NCBI GenBank assembly: GCA_964247055.1
Contig: OZ176053.1
Span: forward strand, 10,974,001 to 11,038,000
Length of the DNA stretch: 64,000 nucleotides
Source of the DNA: Paragordius varius
Taxonomy: Eukaryota; Animalia; Nematomorpha
Reading direction: 5' to 3'
Shown here: positions 13,723-27,400 of the stretch, piece by piece
Position numbering within the stretch: the first letter of the stretch is position 1
Layout of the letters: the number at the start of each line of letters is the position of its first letter
Translations under genes and position numbers: made by a program
The notes under the pieces: model-generated
The model's input: only the letters and a program-made list of their open reading frames with translations
What the model was told of the DNA's origin: nothing
Database searches by the model: none

Positions 13723-14696
13723 TTAATTAGTAGATGGCTTTTTTGTATTAAATATGTTTTTGCATTTATAGCTTACATCGATTGTGTAATTAAAATATTT
13801 TTTATTTTTTTCTAATATTAAAAATTGTATTATTATCGACCCTATTTATGTGTAATCAAAAGAGTCAACATAGCATATTTGTACATTTTATCATTTATAA
13901 TAAATTATCTTACTATATTGGTGATTTAAAGAGTTGAATTGGTCAAATATCCCCTAATATTTTATTTTAGAAACAATAAGGTTTCAATTTAATTGCACCT
14001 CATGTAAAATATTTTTATGATAATAAAAATTGATTGTTTAAGTTCTATATTTGGGGGTAGGAAATATTATAAAACCTTAGCTTTTGACATCCTAAAATAA
14101 ATCGAATGTTAGTTATTGCAATCAGAAAATATTTCTGTTAAAGTCTTGAACATTTAAGTTTTTAAGGTTAAAGTAGGGTCGTCAATATTCTTATTTAAGG
14201 TGTAAATCGCTCAATAAAATTCCCATATAATATAAACTTTTCCCGTAATCTATAATTAATTATCTAATGCAGTGTGAAATGTTTTAAATATGCGTTAACG
14301 CCATAATCTGTCTACTCTAACAACCATCATTAAAATTTAACAGTAAGTTCTTCTGAGAGTTAAGAGATGAACTTGTGAACCGTTAACTCTTGATATAGGT
14401 CTATCAAAAGTCTCTTATAATGAATTCATGATATTTCTGCTTTTAGAACGGTCATCAAGCAAAAAATGTCATTAGTAATCTACGACTAATTTATTAGATT
14501 ATTAACCAAAATCAAAACAACATTAATGATTAGATAGCAATCTTTTTGTGGCAAAAGTTTTTTTTAGAGTATTGACTATAAATTACACATTTATTATTAT
14601 TATTATTTATACTTGCTATAATAAAGATAAGTGATAAAATTATTTTATATTTTGATTAGATTAAGAGTAATATATTTATGTAAGGTAATTTTTAAA

Positions 14697-17535
14697 TTAA
14701 GTAGGTGTTGCATAGAGGTGTTCCGCTGTTGCGTTACAAAAATTTTCTAGCATAGTTTTGTATAATGCATCATTCGTTTGAGGTAATAAAGGTGGAATGG
14801 GGTTCGTTAGGAAGTTATTTTGCCAATAAGGATAGTTTTGCATAGTCAACGTTCCTGTTGATGAAATGGGGAATGTATCATTTTGTTTTATACCGACTTT
14901 CAATGCTAAATCTAACAGAAAATTAGGATTATTATGGGCTAGATTTAAATGAGAAGGATTGTTAAAAAGATGACTACTATTCGACGATATGTTGTTTGGT
15001 ATAAGGTCATGAGCCGCCGAAGGTACACCAGAATACATGGGAGGTATTGCACTATTTGGGGCCGATTTGTTCCCCAACGTTTGCGAAAATGTACTACCAG
15101 GTAACCTCGAATTCAACAGCGCACTGTAATAACACATAAAGGTATTCAATGGGTTCTCAGCACTAGCCATCAAAATATGAGGAGATGGCTCATTATTAAT
15201 CCATGGTGTGTGTATATTCGGATTGTGTTGACTATTATTATCACTTATGTTAGTTTTTGACATATTTTGAATTGAATGAGGTTTGTAGTAATTATAAATA
15301 TTTTCTGGGATATTTTTATCAGAACTTGGTATCTGTGATGGTTGTGTTAAGGCGGATTTGACAAATTGATTTGTAAACTGTCTAAAACATTCTTGAGCCT
15401 GTAAAAAACTTTGGTATAGGGCCATTTGTTGTTGAAACATTAGGGTTTTGGTATCATTACTTATCAAGTTATCTTTGGGGTCTAATACGTATTCTGGGTT
15501 TATGGGTATAGATAGAGAGTGTGGCATATATTTTTGCCAATCATAATTTTTGGTTTCCAAATGCTTTTCGCAAGATAAATTAGGATACTTATCTTTAATT
15601 TTATGTATCATCATATCAGTCTTAGTTCCGTGCTTTATATTAAATGTGTTCATTTTTTGGACATCATCTTTATTAATATTATTATCAAGCCTTCTTCGTT
15701 TATTTGTAACGTAAGTACCGTCAATTTTTTCTCGTTTATTATGAGGTAAATTCAATTTGCCATTATTTCTATTAATGCTTTTACCAGTTTCTTCCGATTT
15801 TTGTAATCTAGTATTTTGTTGAGTTTTTAGTAATATGTGCATAGCTTCTTCCTCATCAATTTTTGTAGCGATTCCCATACTTTGATTTAGTCCAATTTTT
15901 TCTGAACTCTCAGTTTTTGACAGCAAACTTTTTTCTGTGTCTTTGCTATTACACTCTTCACTAATTTGATCATCAGGGCTTTTGTCGCTCTTTTTGCGCC
16001 ATTTCGCACGTCGATTTTGGAACCAAACCTAGAAACAAAAGATATATAATATAATTTTCACCAAATTACATAGATTTTTAAAAGGTATTCTATTTAATAA
16101 ACCTATATCACATAGAAAACTACCCTTTTTTACATATTAAATAAAAATGTTTAGGAATTACATTTTGGACAATTTAAAATCTATCCATTTACTCTGATGT
16201 AGCAAAATTTTCATCCCTATAACAACTCTCTTCCTTGTGTTATATTCCTTAGGTTTCAAAAAATATATATAATTGCGATAATGGCATTTTCAGATTTAAA
16301 AACAAAACTTTAATAAATTAATTTATGTTGAATAAAGAATCATATAATAAATATTCAATTTGAGGCATAATATACAAAAATCCCCAAATTTTTACAGGAC
16401 ACCATACCAGATTAACCAATAATTATTTTTGAAGTTTAATAAGTTTAAGGTAAAGGTATGATGGTATAGTAAGGCAGACCTTACACTGTGTGTGAGTACC
16501 AGAGTTAAAACCCCAAAACTATGCAATTTATCCATCATAAATGTTATTTCTGGGCAGGCGAGTGTTAAAGCTATCATGAGTCCAGAGTTAATATACGTTT
16601 TTATTTGAATAAAGGAAAACTTTAAACTATATTTTATATGAAAAAAAAGATTAAGGCTATACCTGTACACGGGCTTCACTAAGATCTAAGGTACTAGCTA
16701 GCTCTTCTCTCGTGAATACATCAGGATACTGCGTTTTTTCGAAGGCTAACTCCAATTGATGCAATTGATAGGTGGTAAAAGTTGTTCTACACCGTCTTAA
16801 TTTTCTGCTATTGTTATTATTGATATGATTATGGTTGGTGGTATAGCTATAATTTGAGTTATGATTGGAAATGGTATGTTTAGGTGTGGTATTTATATTC
16901 GTACAAAGAATTGAATTAGTTTGATTGGTTTGCACTATACAAGGTTGGATTGAGTTTTCAAATTCGGTTCTTGTGGTTATTATACTATTTCTGCTATTAT
17001 TATACAAATAATTTATGGTCGGATTTTTCAAAGAAGTCTTAATAAGGTCATTGAATTGATGGGAATGAAAAACTTTATCAATATAGTGTACATTTTTCAG
17101 ATTTGCCTCAGGTAAGGATGATATAAGTTCTGAATTTTCTAACCCCTTATTTGTGATTAGATTAACATCCATTGATTCAAAAGTCTCATAATTGTTTAAG
17201 GTCCTGATTTTAGCGTTCGAATCCGTTGATATAAAATTACTTTTGGTTGGTTTATTATTAGGATTACTTATTATATTGTAATTTCTTTCTTTACTGATTT
17301 TGTCTTGAGACATTATCCTAACTTTGGAATGTTGATGGTTGTACTGTTTATGAAATTGTCTTTTTATTTTTTTCACATGGTTCAAATATGTTAAACCATA
17401 TTTAGCCATAATATTTTTGGTGACTGATTTTTGACCGACAAAGTTTATCATGGCGTTTTTAGTTCCCAAATAATTATTATTATTATTATTGTTTTTGCTT
17501 TTCAATGGTTTACATTTTTCAGCATAAATTTTCAT
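14697..17535 (-). CDS. hbn: PRD-class Q50 homeodomain protein, homeobrain-like (exons 17535-16663 and 16028-14697; ~734 aa)
   Basis: The spliced homeodomain reads [47 protein letters not shown]|[32 protein letters not shown] and LDLSEARVQ fit Homeobrain better than Rx or Arx. The intron between homeodomain codons 46 and 47 (CAG|GTATAG ... TTTCTAG|GTT) is typical of the PRD class. The start codon is uncertain. Confidence 0.85.
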
Positions 17536-19451
17536 TGCCAATTTCGTAGTTTATAAAATAAAATGAAATTATTTTGTATCCGATAATTTTTTTAACATAT
17601 TATTAATTAATATGTATTGAGGAGGGGGGGACTGATGCGAGAAACAATCTATTATGAGTAATAAATATAAATTTAAGCCACAAAATTTTAAAAATGGAAA
17701 ATGGAAAATATATTAGTAATATGTATGTATATGTGTTTATTGGTACGTTAATTAAATTGGTTTTAATTAGTGTTTAAAAAGGCAATTTTTTATTTTATTT
17801 TATTATATACAGTTCGTTCGTTTTCGTTCAGATTCGTTATATATACATAAATCTATAAACATATTAATAATTAAATATTATCGATAAAAAATTATTATTT
17901 ATTAATTACCATTTAATTTATGTGTAATAAATTAAGTTAAAAAACGAATAAAATATTAGGATATATATGTAGTTTAATGCCTAAATTTACCATTTAACAT
18001 AGGTGTGCTGGTATTATAATTATATTCGTTAAATGAATTATATTCAATTTAATAAACGGAATACTATATATTTTTGTAAAATATTTTTCCATCGTTATTT
18101 AATTTTACTTGAATTCTCCAATAGTAGAATAATAATTTCATACAGGAACTTTCAACATGAAAATTTTGTTAAATAAACCAAGTTATAAGATAATTGATTG
18201 ATTCAATGTTTGTTTTACTGGTTAATTTAAATAAAAATACCCGTTTTTTCGGTTATTTTTTTAATGAGCAGGATAAGATATATACCATAAATATTATTAT
18301 AACATAAAAACAATAAAATAAAAATTAGTACATACATATTTACGGGGTTAAGGGTCAATTTTTACTGGCATAAATTTTATTTTGTATAATAATATGATAT
18401 GGGGATTAGTTAATAAATGGTAGGGTTGGTGTTAACATTTATATATCTACTAGGTCTGAGTAAAAAACAACATTTATTACTAATAGAGAGAAAAAATATA
18501 TATTTTAACATCTATTAACATTTTAATATCCATCAAACAAAAAAAGATAGTAGATAAGGTAAAATAACTCAAAGATATATCTCTAATGCTGTAATTAATT
18601 TTTTTTAATGTTATTAAAGTAATAAAATTGAAAAATTTAAAGGTTATTATCACATTATATATATTTTCGGTAATAAAAATGCAATATAATAAAATCAATC
18701 AATAAAAATTAAAGATGAGCGCAGGTATATTTTACCGATTTTGAATATTTGTGTTGGTTATTCTTTAATATACGAAAATTAAATTTTAATTAAACGAGTT
18801 TAAAAATGTAATAATTAAGTAATAAATGCATTAAGCAATATTAATTATTTTTTTTAAATAATTAATTGCCTCCTTTAAGCCGTTTAAAGGTGTAAATGGA
18901 GTATTATTAAGTATATTTAATTTATTATTTTACGTTCGCATCTAAAAATATATTTTTGAAATGTGATAATTATTTTGTTTTTATAATCAAAAATTTTCTT
19001 CAAAAATATCATTAAAATTGTCTCAAAACTGTCCAAAAATTTGAAGTAATTTTCCCGAACACTTGAATATTCTAGTTTTTAAAATATTTCACTATATTAT
19101 CCAATCCGATTGAAGTGTTTTTTGTTAAGTTAATTAGCCGACTACCTTTTGAACATTTAAAAATGTTAATTGTAAAATGGCTAATTTATAAAGTATATAT
19201 ATGTAATGAGCGCATCATTAATTATATATATATTAAAGAGGTAATTACTGTATATTATGTGTTATTATATTTTTTTTGCAATTATACAAAATTAAAACAT
19301 TTTATCTTTTTAGTAACAACACACACGCAATTATATGTATATATAATTACACAAAAATTAATTACTTAGATCATTTTATCTATATATTTATGTATGATTA
19401 ATTAACACAAACGAAAATTAATTAAGATAATTATATATGGCCAATATTTTG

Positions 19452-19452
<1 letters not shown>

Positions 19453-19483
<31 letters not shown>
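19453..19483. repeat. (TA)n microsatellite
   Basis: About 15 perfect TA units. Confidence 0.95.
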
Positions 19484-19486
<3 letters not shown>

Positions 19487-21700
19487 AGATTATAATTGTC
19501 GTCAAATTTCCTAAAAAGTATGAATGTAAAAAAATATTTTTTTGATGATTTCTTATAGAAAAAGAATCCATCCTCTATGATTATTACTTATTATATAATA
19601 TGTTAATTAATTAGCTGCATTGTTGTATTCATAAAATAACACAATATGTTTAAAAATACTGTAATAACTACGGAATTTTAAATAATTATTTTTAGTATCT
19701 AATATGTTTTGGGTAAAAAAACATATTAAAACCGTTAATCTATAAATGTGGTCAATAAAAATTTAAACCTTGTATATAGTAAGTAGGAATTAATATATAT
19801 CTGTTTAATGGATCAAAAACAGTCCATTAGATTTTTTGTATTTTTTAGGAAAACTATTTTCTGGATAATGTATTCAAAGTTTTTCGAAAATTAATGATAT
19901 TTTTGTTCAAGGAAAACTGGCGGTATAGTCACCGTACCCACTTAATTTTAGAAACCAAAAATCTAAAACTTAAAAATGCTAAATAATATATGAAAGTGAT
20001 CATAATTAGTTTTTGTGACATAAAAAAACAATTTATATTAATTAGTTTTGTTTGTGTGGTGGCGTATGTTTATAAATAGTAATTAGTTTCAAGGTGATTT
20101 TAAATTAATTCGCAATATCCTAAACTTAATAAGTAATTACTTTGGTGGACAAATAAAGGTGTTTATTGCCAAAACACTACATTTTAAACAGTTTTAACCA
20201 TGGTATTTAATTATATTTTATATTCATTTATTTTGCTAAAAAAACGGTTATAAAATATATTTTTTACTATTAGTCTAGATCTGATCAGTATCATATTATG
20301 ATGGTGATCGTTTTCACAGTCAGAACTTATCAAGGATAACGTGTTAAGCAATTATAACTTTTAGATTTTAAAAACAATTTTACAAAAACCCCAATTTATT
20401 TATTTACATTTTTATAAGTTTCGCTATTATCCTGTTTGTAGCATTAGCTGAATGGTTTTACCCGGGAAGGACTGACTTCCTAAGTGGTCACATTTAACTT
20501 AATATTGCAAAATTTAAAATCAAATACTATTAAATACAATATTTATTTAATATACTAAAAAAATTAAATCTATTTTTGTGACTACATATTTTAATAAAAT
20601 CGAAATTTTCTGTAATTTAATGGAATAATCAAATAATAGATATTCATGTCTAGAAAATAGAAGGATCTCTCTCATAGGACGTGCGAAAAATAATTAAACA
20701 TATTTATTAATATTATATAAAAATAGGTAAAAATAAAATTTACAATTTTAATTTTAATAATATAAATCTAAATTTATAAATTATTTATATCCATTTACAC
20801 ATATAATAATAAAATTAATTATTATATTTAAATTCAATTTATATACCTGCAAAATTAAGTTTTCCCTCTTAAGAATTATACTATTGTGATCTCAAAATAT
20901 TCATAGTTTAATTGTTCCGAAGTAGAGTTACTTAAGAATTTGATCGGCTTAATAAAAAAAACTAACTTGAAAAAATAAAACTTTCAACTTGAGAATTTAT
21001 GTGTAAAATAATTTTTTATTCATATAAAAAACCGAGTAAAATAATTAAAAGGAATTAATCAAGTGTCTTTCAAATGTCATCTTAAGGCTATTTTTTTCAT
21101 CAATTTTTTTATTGATTAACACCTCCTCGTGTGTATGTTAAGGCAAAGAAAAAATTAATTTATTTGAAATTTAATATGACATCAAACACTTGTATTGGTT
21201 AAGGACTAAAATAATCCTAAAATTAAAAATAGCAATAATTGCAATAATAAAAGATAAAACATATATAATTAGTTATAATTAAATTTTTACCCATCTGTTA
21301 ATTGTATTATGGATAATTAACTTATTTATTATTTGATAGATCAAAGATAAAGATGATTGTTTAAAAAAGTTAAACAGGTTAATTATGGTAAAATTTTGTT
21401 TTAAGTGTTTTTTGACTGTGAAAATTCCTTATACAAAGCATATTAGAGTTTACAGAATATGTGCCGTTAGATATGATGAAATCATATTTCTAGAGAAAAT
21501 TTTAAAAAAATTTAAAAAATTTAAAAACATCTCAAACATTTTCTATATATTTGGAAGAAATATCATTGGTTAATTTTTTTTTGAGCTAGCCAATTGGACA
21601 AAATAAAATTTAAAGTGTATATTTGATTATAGATAAAAAAAAATCCTCTCAGAGCAGTAATTCCAATTTTTAAGCGTCAATTTTTTATAAATACCATTTA

Positions 21701-21962
21701 CACTTCAAATTCACCCTCGAACAATTCAGATTCACCCTCGAACAATTCATATTCCCCCTAAACTAAATTACGTTTTGTTAAGATTAAAAATAACTTTTCT
21801 TTAATACTTTTAAAAAATGAAATTTTATTTAATTTAGATTAATACTGAAAATAAGCTATAAAGATATGTTTGATATTAATTATGATGAATCCTATTTGTC
21901 CGAAAACACATAATTTATTTTAAAGGGGAATTCGAATTGTTCAATGGTAAATTTGAAATGTG
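21701..21962. mobile_element. Small degenerate MITE-like element
   Basis: The left end CACTTCAAATTCACCCTCGAACAATTC includes a tandem 20-nt duplication. It is an imperfect inverted match to the right end (reverse complement CACATTTCAAATTTACCATTGAACAATTCGAATTCCCC). No TSD is visible. Confidence 0.5.
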
Positions 21963-22635
21963 AATGATAAATTTAATTATTTTTATATATATTTATATAC
22001 TAAAATTAATAAATATTTCTGGCAATTAAAATACTCCATAATTATTTCATATTTTTCTATAGATTTTAATTGGTTTTTGTTTTGTAAAATAATGAATGAT
22101 TCTTTATTGCAAAGGCTTTATTTTAATATACTTTTATTTAATTACACTCCACGGTTTTTCCAATATTTTATTAAATAACAAATTTGTAAAATGTAATTAG
22201 TAGGATTATAATATAACATAAATAAATAAATATATTTCAGGGGTGAGACAAAAATTGGATACTAAAAGAAAAAAAACCCATAAAAAATCAATTAAAATTA
22301 ATTGTGTAATAATATTATTAATTTATATTAAATATAGTAGTTCCTAATTGTTATTAATATTTAATCTAATGACAAAAAATTAGATTAGCAGGGAAAAAAT
22401 AATTAATATGTTAATTCACCTGTATTTTATTTTTTATTATGTGTTGTTCAAAAAAAGCATTAAAAAAATAATTTTATTAATAGTGAATGCGTTCGTTTGT
22501 GCTATAAAATTTTTTTGCCTAGCAAACTAATTAGTGTTAATGGCTTATCATAAATATAAAAAAATAGGAAATAAATTGCGAAATGCATTATAAATATCCT
22601 TTATTTAATCCATAATGGTTAAAAATTACTAATTA

Positions 22636-24505
22636 CACTGTGCAACACGATTTTTAGACCAGAGTGAAAATTACTACATCTTATAGAGAATTTTTTTCTG
22701 AAAATAATGATATATTTAATATTTTCTTAGCACTTTTTCGCGAGCCGCTAAAAGGTTTCAAAAATCCAAAAACCATCAAAAATGCCTGTTTTTGTAACCC
22801 TATAATTTTTTGAATTTTATAGCTTATTATTTATTTTTTGGAGGATATTACAAATTATATTTTAAAATTCATGTAACATTTTAAAATTTTTAAAAATCTC
22901 TACTACTTTTTGATTTATTTAGAAAAAACGAAACTTAGCTCCAAAAAAATAGCGTTTCAAAACAATGAAAAATTAAGAGACGTGCAGCCACCATACCATT
23001 TTTTATACATAACAAAATAGAAAAATTTAATGTTAATATTAATTAATAAAATGTAAATATTAATTTTAGGATTAAATCAAGTATATTTATAAAATAATTA
23101 ATAAAATAATAAATATATAATATTAATTTGATATATATTATTTATAAATAAGAATTACTTTTAAACATGCAAATTTATTTATATGTATTGTACGTGATTA
23201 TATGAATCATGATATTTTGTTTTTTAATATACGAAAGTTTTTTTCAACAAATAAAAAATATAAACATGCAAATAAATATAAACTGAAATGTTGAACTAAC
23301 AGAAAAGCAAAAAAGGCATTCATTAATAAATAAATTTACTTTAAAATTAATAACAAAAATATATAATAACATAATTGAAATATTAATAAAAATCATATAA
23401 TATTCAAACACAGAGTTTATTATCCATTAACATTAATAAATTTAAAAATATTAAATTTATTATTATAACATTAACACTTCGATTCAAATTGGGGTGTCTA
23501 AATACCCCAGACTAAATTTAAATTAATATTTTTAAAAAAATACTGAAGTAAACGGTCCCAATTTAAATTTATGCTTCTATCCTGATAAAAATTATATAAA
23601 TATGCCATAATATCTTGATAAAATTTTGTTTTGAAAAAAAAGTTCCATCTCAAACTACTTCGACGCCATTTTTATTTTACAAAATTTTTGCAATATCGTC
23701 TTCATTTGATTTTAAGGGTAAAACTAAAGCTAATTTTTTATATAATTTACATCTAACATTGATTGAAATAGAAAAGCGGTTTATTTTGTATTATTTTTTA
23801 ATTTTACAATTTGACACGTGTCACGTTGACGAAATTTTTACCTTTGGGTTTAGCTTAAAATAAGTATTATCAAGTATTTTTGAATAAAATTTTTAATATA
23901 TTTCGGTTTATAAATGTTATATAAGTGCAAAATTTTGCCATGGTTTAGAATATTTCCATACTTTTTAAAGTATTTGTTTTTAAAAAGGCTTGGGGTATCC
24001 AACTACCCCAATTTGAATCGAAGGACATGAGTGTGTTGTATCCAAGTGTTAAATATATATACTATTTTTCATATTTATAAAAAAGCAATTAAATTTTATT
24101 ATTTTAGTAATGTATAATGAAAAGCTGTCAATCAAATGATGCCAGTATGTCTCTTAATTTTTCATTGTTTTGAAACGCTATTTTTTTGGAGCTAAGTTTC
24201 GTTTTTTCCAAATAAATCAAAAAGTAGTAGAGACTTTTAAAAATTTTAAAATGTTACATGAATTTTAAAATATAATTTGTAAAATCCCCCCAAAAAAATA
24301 TAATAAGCTATATAATTTAAAAAGTTATAGGGTTACAAAAACAGGCATTTTTGATGGTTTTTGGATTTTTGAAACCTTTTAGCGGCTCGCGAAAAAGTGC
24401 TAGGAAAATATTAAATATATCATTATTTTCAGAAAAAAATTCTCTATAAGATGTCGTAATTTTCACTCTGGTCTAAAAGAAAAGGATAAAATTTGTTGCA
24501 CAGTG
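22636..24505. mobile_element. Non-autonomous CACT-ended DNA transposon with ~345-bp TIRs and TTA TSD (CMC/Chapaev3-like)
   Basis: Flanks read tta|CACTGTGCAAC ... GTTGCACAGTG|tta. 22660-22980 is a near-perfect reverse complement of 24150-24478. Confidence 0.85.
23475..24048. mobile_element. piggyBac-like MITE nested in the CACT element
   Basis: Flanks read ttaa|CACTTCGATTCA ... TGTATCCAAGTG|ttaa. There is a perfect 19-bp internal inverted repeat (23477-23495 / 24005-24023) at asymmetric distances from the two ends. Confidence 0.8.
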
Positions 24506-27039
24506 TTATTTATCTTTTATATATTGTAACCTAATCAAAAGCAATAAAAATAGAGTTACTCAAATATATTTTGCCCAAAATAGCTAGTATTAAGTTCCTT
24601 TAATCGGTACATGGAAAAATGGTACATTTCGTTAAAGCAGTCTGCATTTTATAAAATATTTTTCCCCTATCGCTGACAAATCTTGATAATTCGCACCTGA
24701 AATCCTTCAATTTGTTTCTAGTTTTATTTTTTAATAATATTCTCAAAATTTTTCGCGTCCCGCTTAGATCTTTCTACATCCCCCTTGTGGGGCGTGGCCC
24801 CCCTTTTGGGAGCCATTGGGTTTAATTATATAAGCAAGTAAAAGGAAAATATTTATTCTTTTACAGTAAGCAATTTAATGGTGACTTATTTCACACTTAG
24901 TTGGGCAATTTACAACTCAGTAGTATATGGAAAAAACAAAAAATTGTTGAATAAACAACATTTTTTTTCTTTCTTTTCTCCATACACTACTGTGTTACAA
25001 ATTGCCCAACAATGGTGTAAAATAAAAGCAACCTTAAAATGCATACCGTAATTTAATTTTTCTCACGTTGTCCAATTTTATTTAAATTTGTAAAAAATAT
25101 CCACTTTATACATTTTCATTATTGTTAAGTTCTTGTAATAAACGGACTGAACTATTATGAATGCAGTCATACATGTTCAAATCCTCTTCATTACCACAAG
25201 AAGTGTAAAATATTTATTTAAATAGACCAACACAACGGTTGACCGTTCGATTTGGTTTTAATAATTTTAATAAATACTCAATTATATCACATCTGATTAA
25301 AATTAAAATTCCCACTCGTTTGCAGTTAAAGTTTTTAACCATGCTTGAAATTATTGATTTAGTTGTTATTATGAAATAAGATGAGACAGTCAATTCAAAC
25401 TTTTTAATTAAAATATTAATTATAATATTATTAAGTCGTATATTCATTATATAGAAGATTAACTTTTTCGTAATTTAATATTTATAATGGTAATTAAATT
25501 TTTTTAACTTAACTCAATATAAATTCAATTTGAATAAATATCGATTCTTTTGAGCAGATTATAGGTTATAGGATACATACACCCGCTTTTAATACTTTAA
25601 TTCTATTATCTTAATTATTAAATAGTCGAAAAACGCATTTCTCTCTCAATTTATAAATGGTGTAACAATTATATCATAATAACAATGATTAAAATATCAA
25701 ATTTCTAAAGATAAATTTCTTAAATAATATTATTAGTTATCGTAAATTAGGCATTGATGAATCCTTTTAAATTATAATTATTATATTTCCAAAGTACATG
25801 TATAAAGATTAAAATTATCATGCCATTAGTAATAATTGGCTATTTAAGATATTATCATCAATTATATCATTACTATATAATTTGTGTATAACCTACCTTG
25901 CATTAAATATCTTAAATTTAATTTGCCTTTAATTTAAACAAAAACAAATTAAATTAATGCTAAGCCACCACTGACCACTAAGCATGTGAGTCGATTTCGA
26001 TGACTTTGGCAAATTTTATATTATTTTCAAGAAATAATATACTAATTTCAACATCATCCGTTATTAATATATAGATAAAAATTTCGAATGTTGATTTTGA
26101 GACAACTTCGAAAACATGTAGGCCCATATACAGTAGAAATTTATATTCATTTATAATACACCGACTATAGGGCCATTTTTTGAAATCCTCTTTTTGTAAA
26201 AGAGAAGTCCAGAAATCGTTTATTTGAGATAAAAATGTAAAAACACATTTAAGTTCATTAAAAGATTTATTTTTTACAAATGCACCGAATATAGTCGGCC
26301 CATTTTTTAGCCTCTATATTTAGACCGTCAGAAAATGACATTAAAAAAGATTAGTCAGCAAATAAATTTGAAAAATTTTGTCCATATTATGAAATAATAT
26401 AGAATTTTATAGGTTTTTTTCTTGTAAGTATAATGGAAAAAAATTTAACTCAGCGATTATTATGAATTGACCGCTGGGTAGCGGTCCGTACTCTGTTATA
26501 TCACCATCAAGTATAATTAGCATGGCTTTAAAGCAACTTTTTAAATAAGGTTTCAGCCCATGGTCAATCATATTATACATTCCCAGTAAGAAGGGAGTTT
26601 TTGCCTAGCGGTTTTTTAAATATACCTCGGTTAGCACTTTCTCATATGAAAAATGCACCACCCAATATGTGGCTTTAAGACGTTTTGGATAAGCTATAAA
26701 ATCATGTAATACCACATATTTTTGATATCATATGATTTTAATATCAGCTGATTGTTTCAATCGTGTTTTGAAGAAATGAATTTGGGACTCCACAAGTTAA
26801 AATACTATAAAAATTCTAAGTTTTCGTATCTAATACAGGAGAATAGGGTTATATTATATTTTAACCAAACTTTCAAAACAGTAGTTGGTTACTTTTTCAA
26901 GCTTTAGTACCCAAAATGTTATCACTTACAATAATATGAAAATGTAATGAAGTGTTAAATATGCTATAATATAAACCTTGCTTTGCAACATATAGCAACA
27001 CATTAACTATCACTGACGAATATAGATATAAAGGAAATG

Positions 27040-27400
27040 AAATGTTACGAGGCGCTTGCCTCACATTTAGCTAACCGAAAAACTAATTCTATACAAATAT
27101 GCAATCTGGCTTCACACGAAATCGAGAATCTCCATCAAAAAATACCATTTCAAAGATAATAAAATTATAATTTATATGGATCGGGTGTTCACGATAATTT
27201 ATGTTAAATTATGATAAAGAAGGCATCCCACCATATTAATTTAATATATTTAAATCAAATATCCACCAAAGCGACCGTGGTTATAAATATCTGAATGAAC
27301 AAGGAAAAAGGCATGAGACGAGGTTACATTTTTGCCCCTATCATTGCTTAATTTACGATCAGAATTATATTTAGATTGAATTTTCTAGAAGATTAAAGTA
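27040..27400 (+). mobile_element. Degraded non-LTR (RTE-like) reverse transcriptase fragment
   Basis: Frame-disrupted translation includes EGIPP and KGMRRGYIFAPI, resembling GIP...KGVRQGCILSP. Confidence 0.5.

Noticed and set aside
17540-22600. Many TAAT/ATTA homeodomain-type sites and short ORFs upstream of hbn
   Set aside because: Expected by chance at this AT content. The ORFs are F/I/L/K/N/Y-rich compositional artefacts.
24770-24820. CCCCCTTTTGGGAGCCATTG, resembling a hAT right terminus
   Set aside because: Solo end with no partner TIR or TSD.
26469-26486. Perfect 7-bp GC hairpin GACCGCT-GGGT-AGCGGTC
   Set aside because: No downstream CTRR (Helitron end) and no tRNA or ncRNA context; it cannot be assigned.
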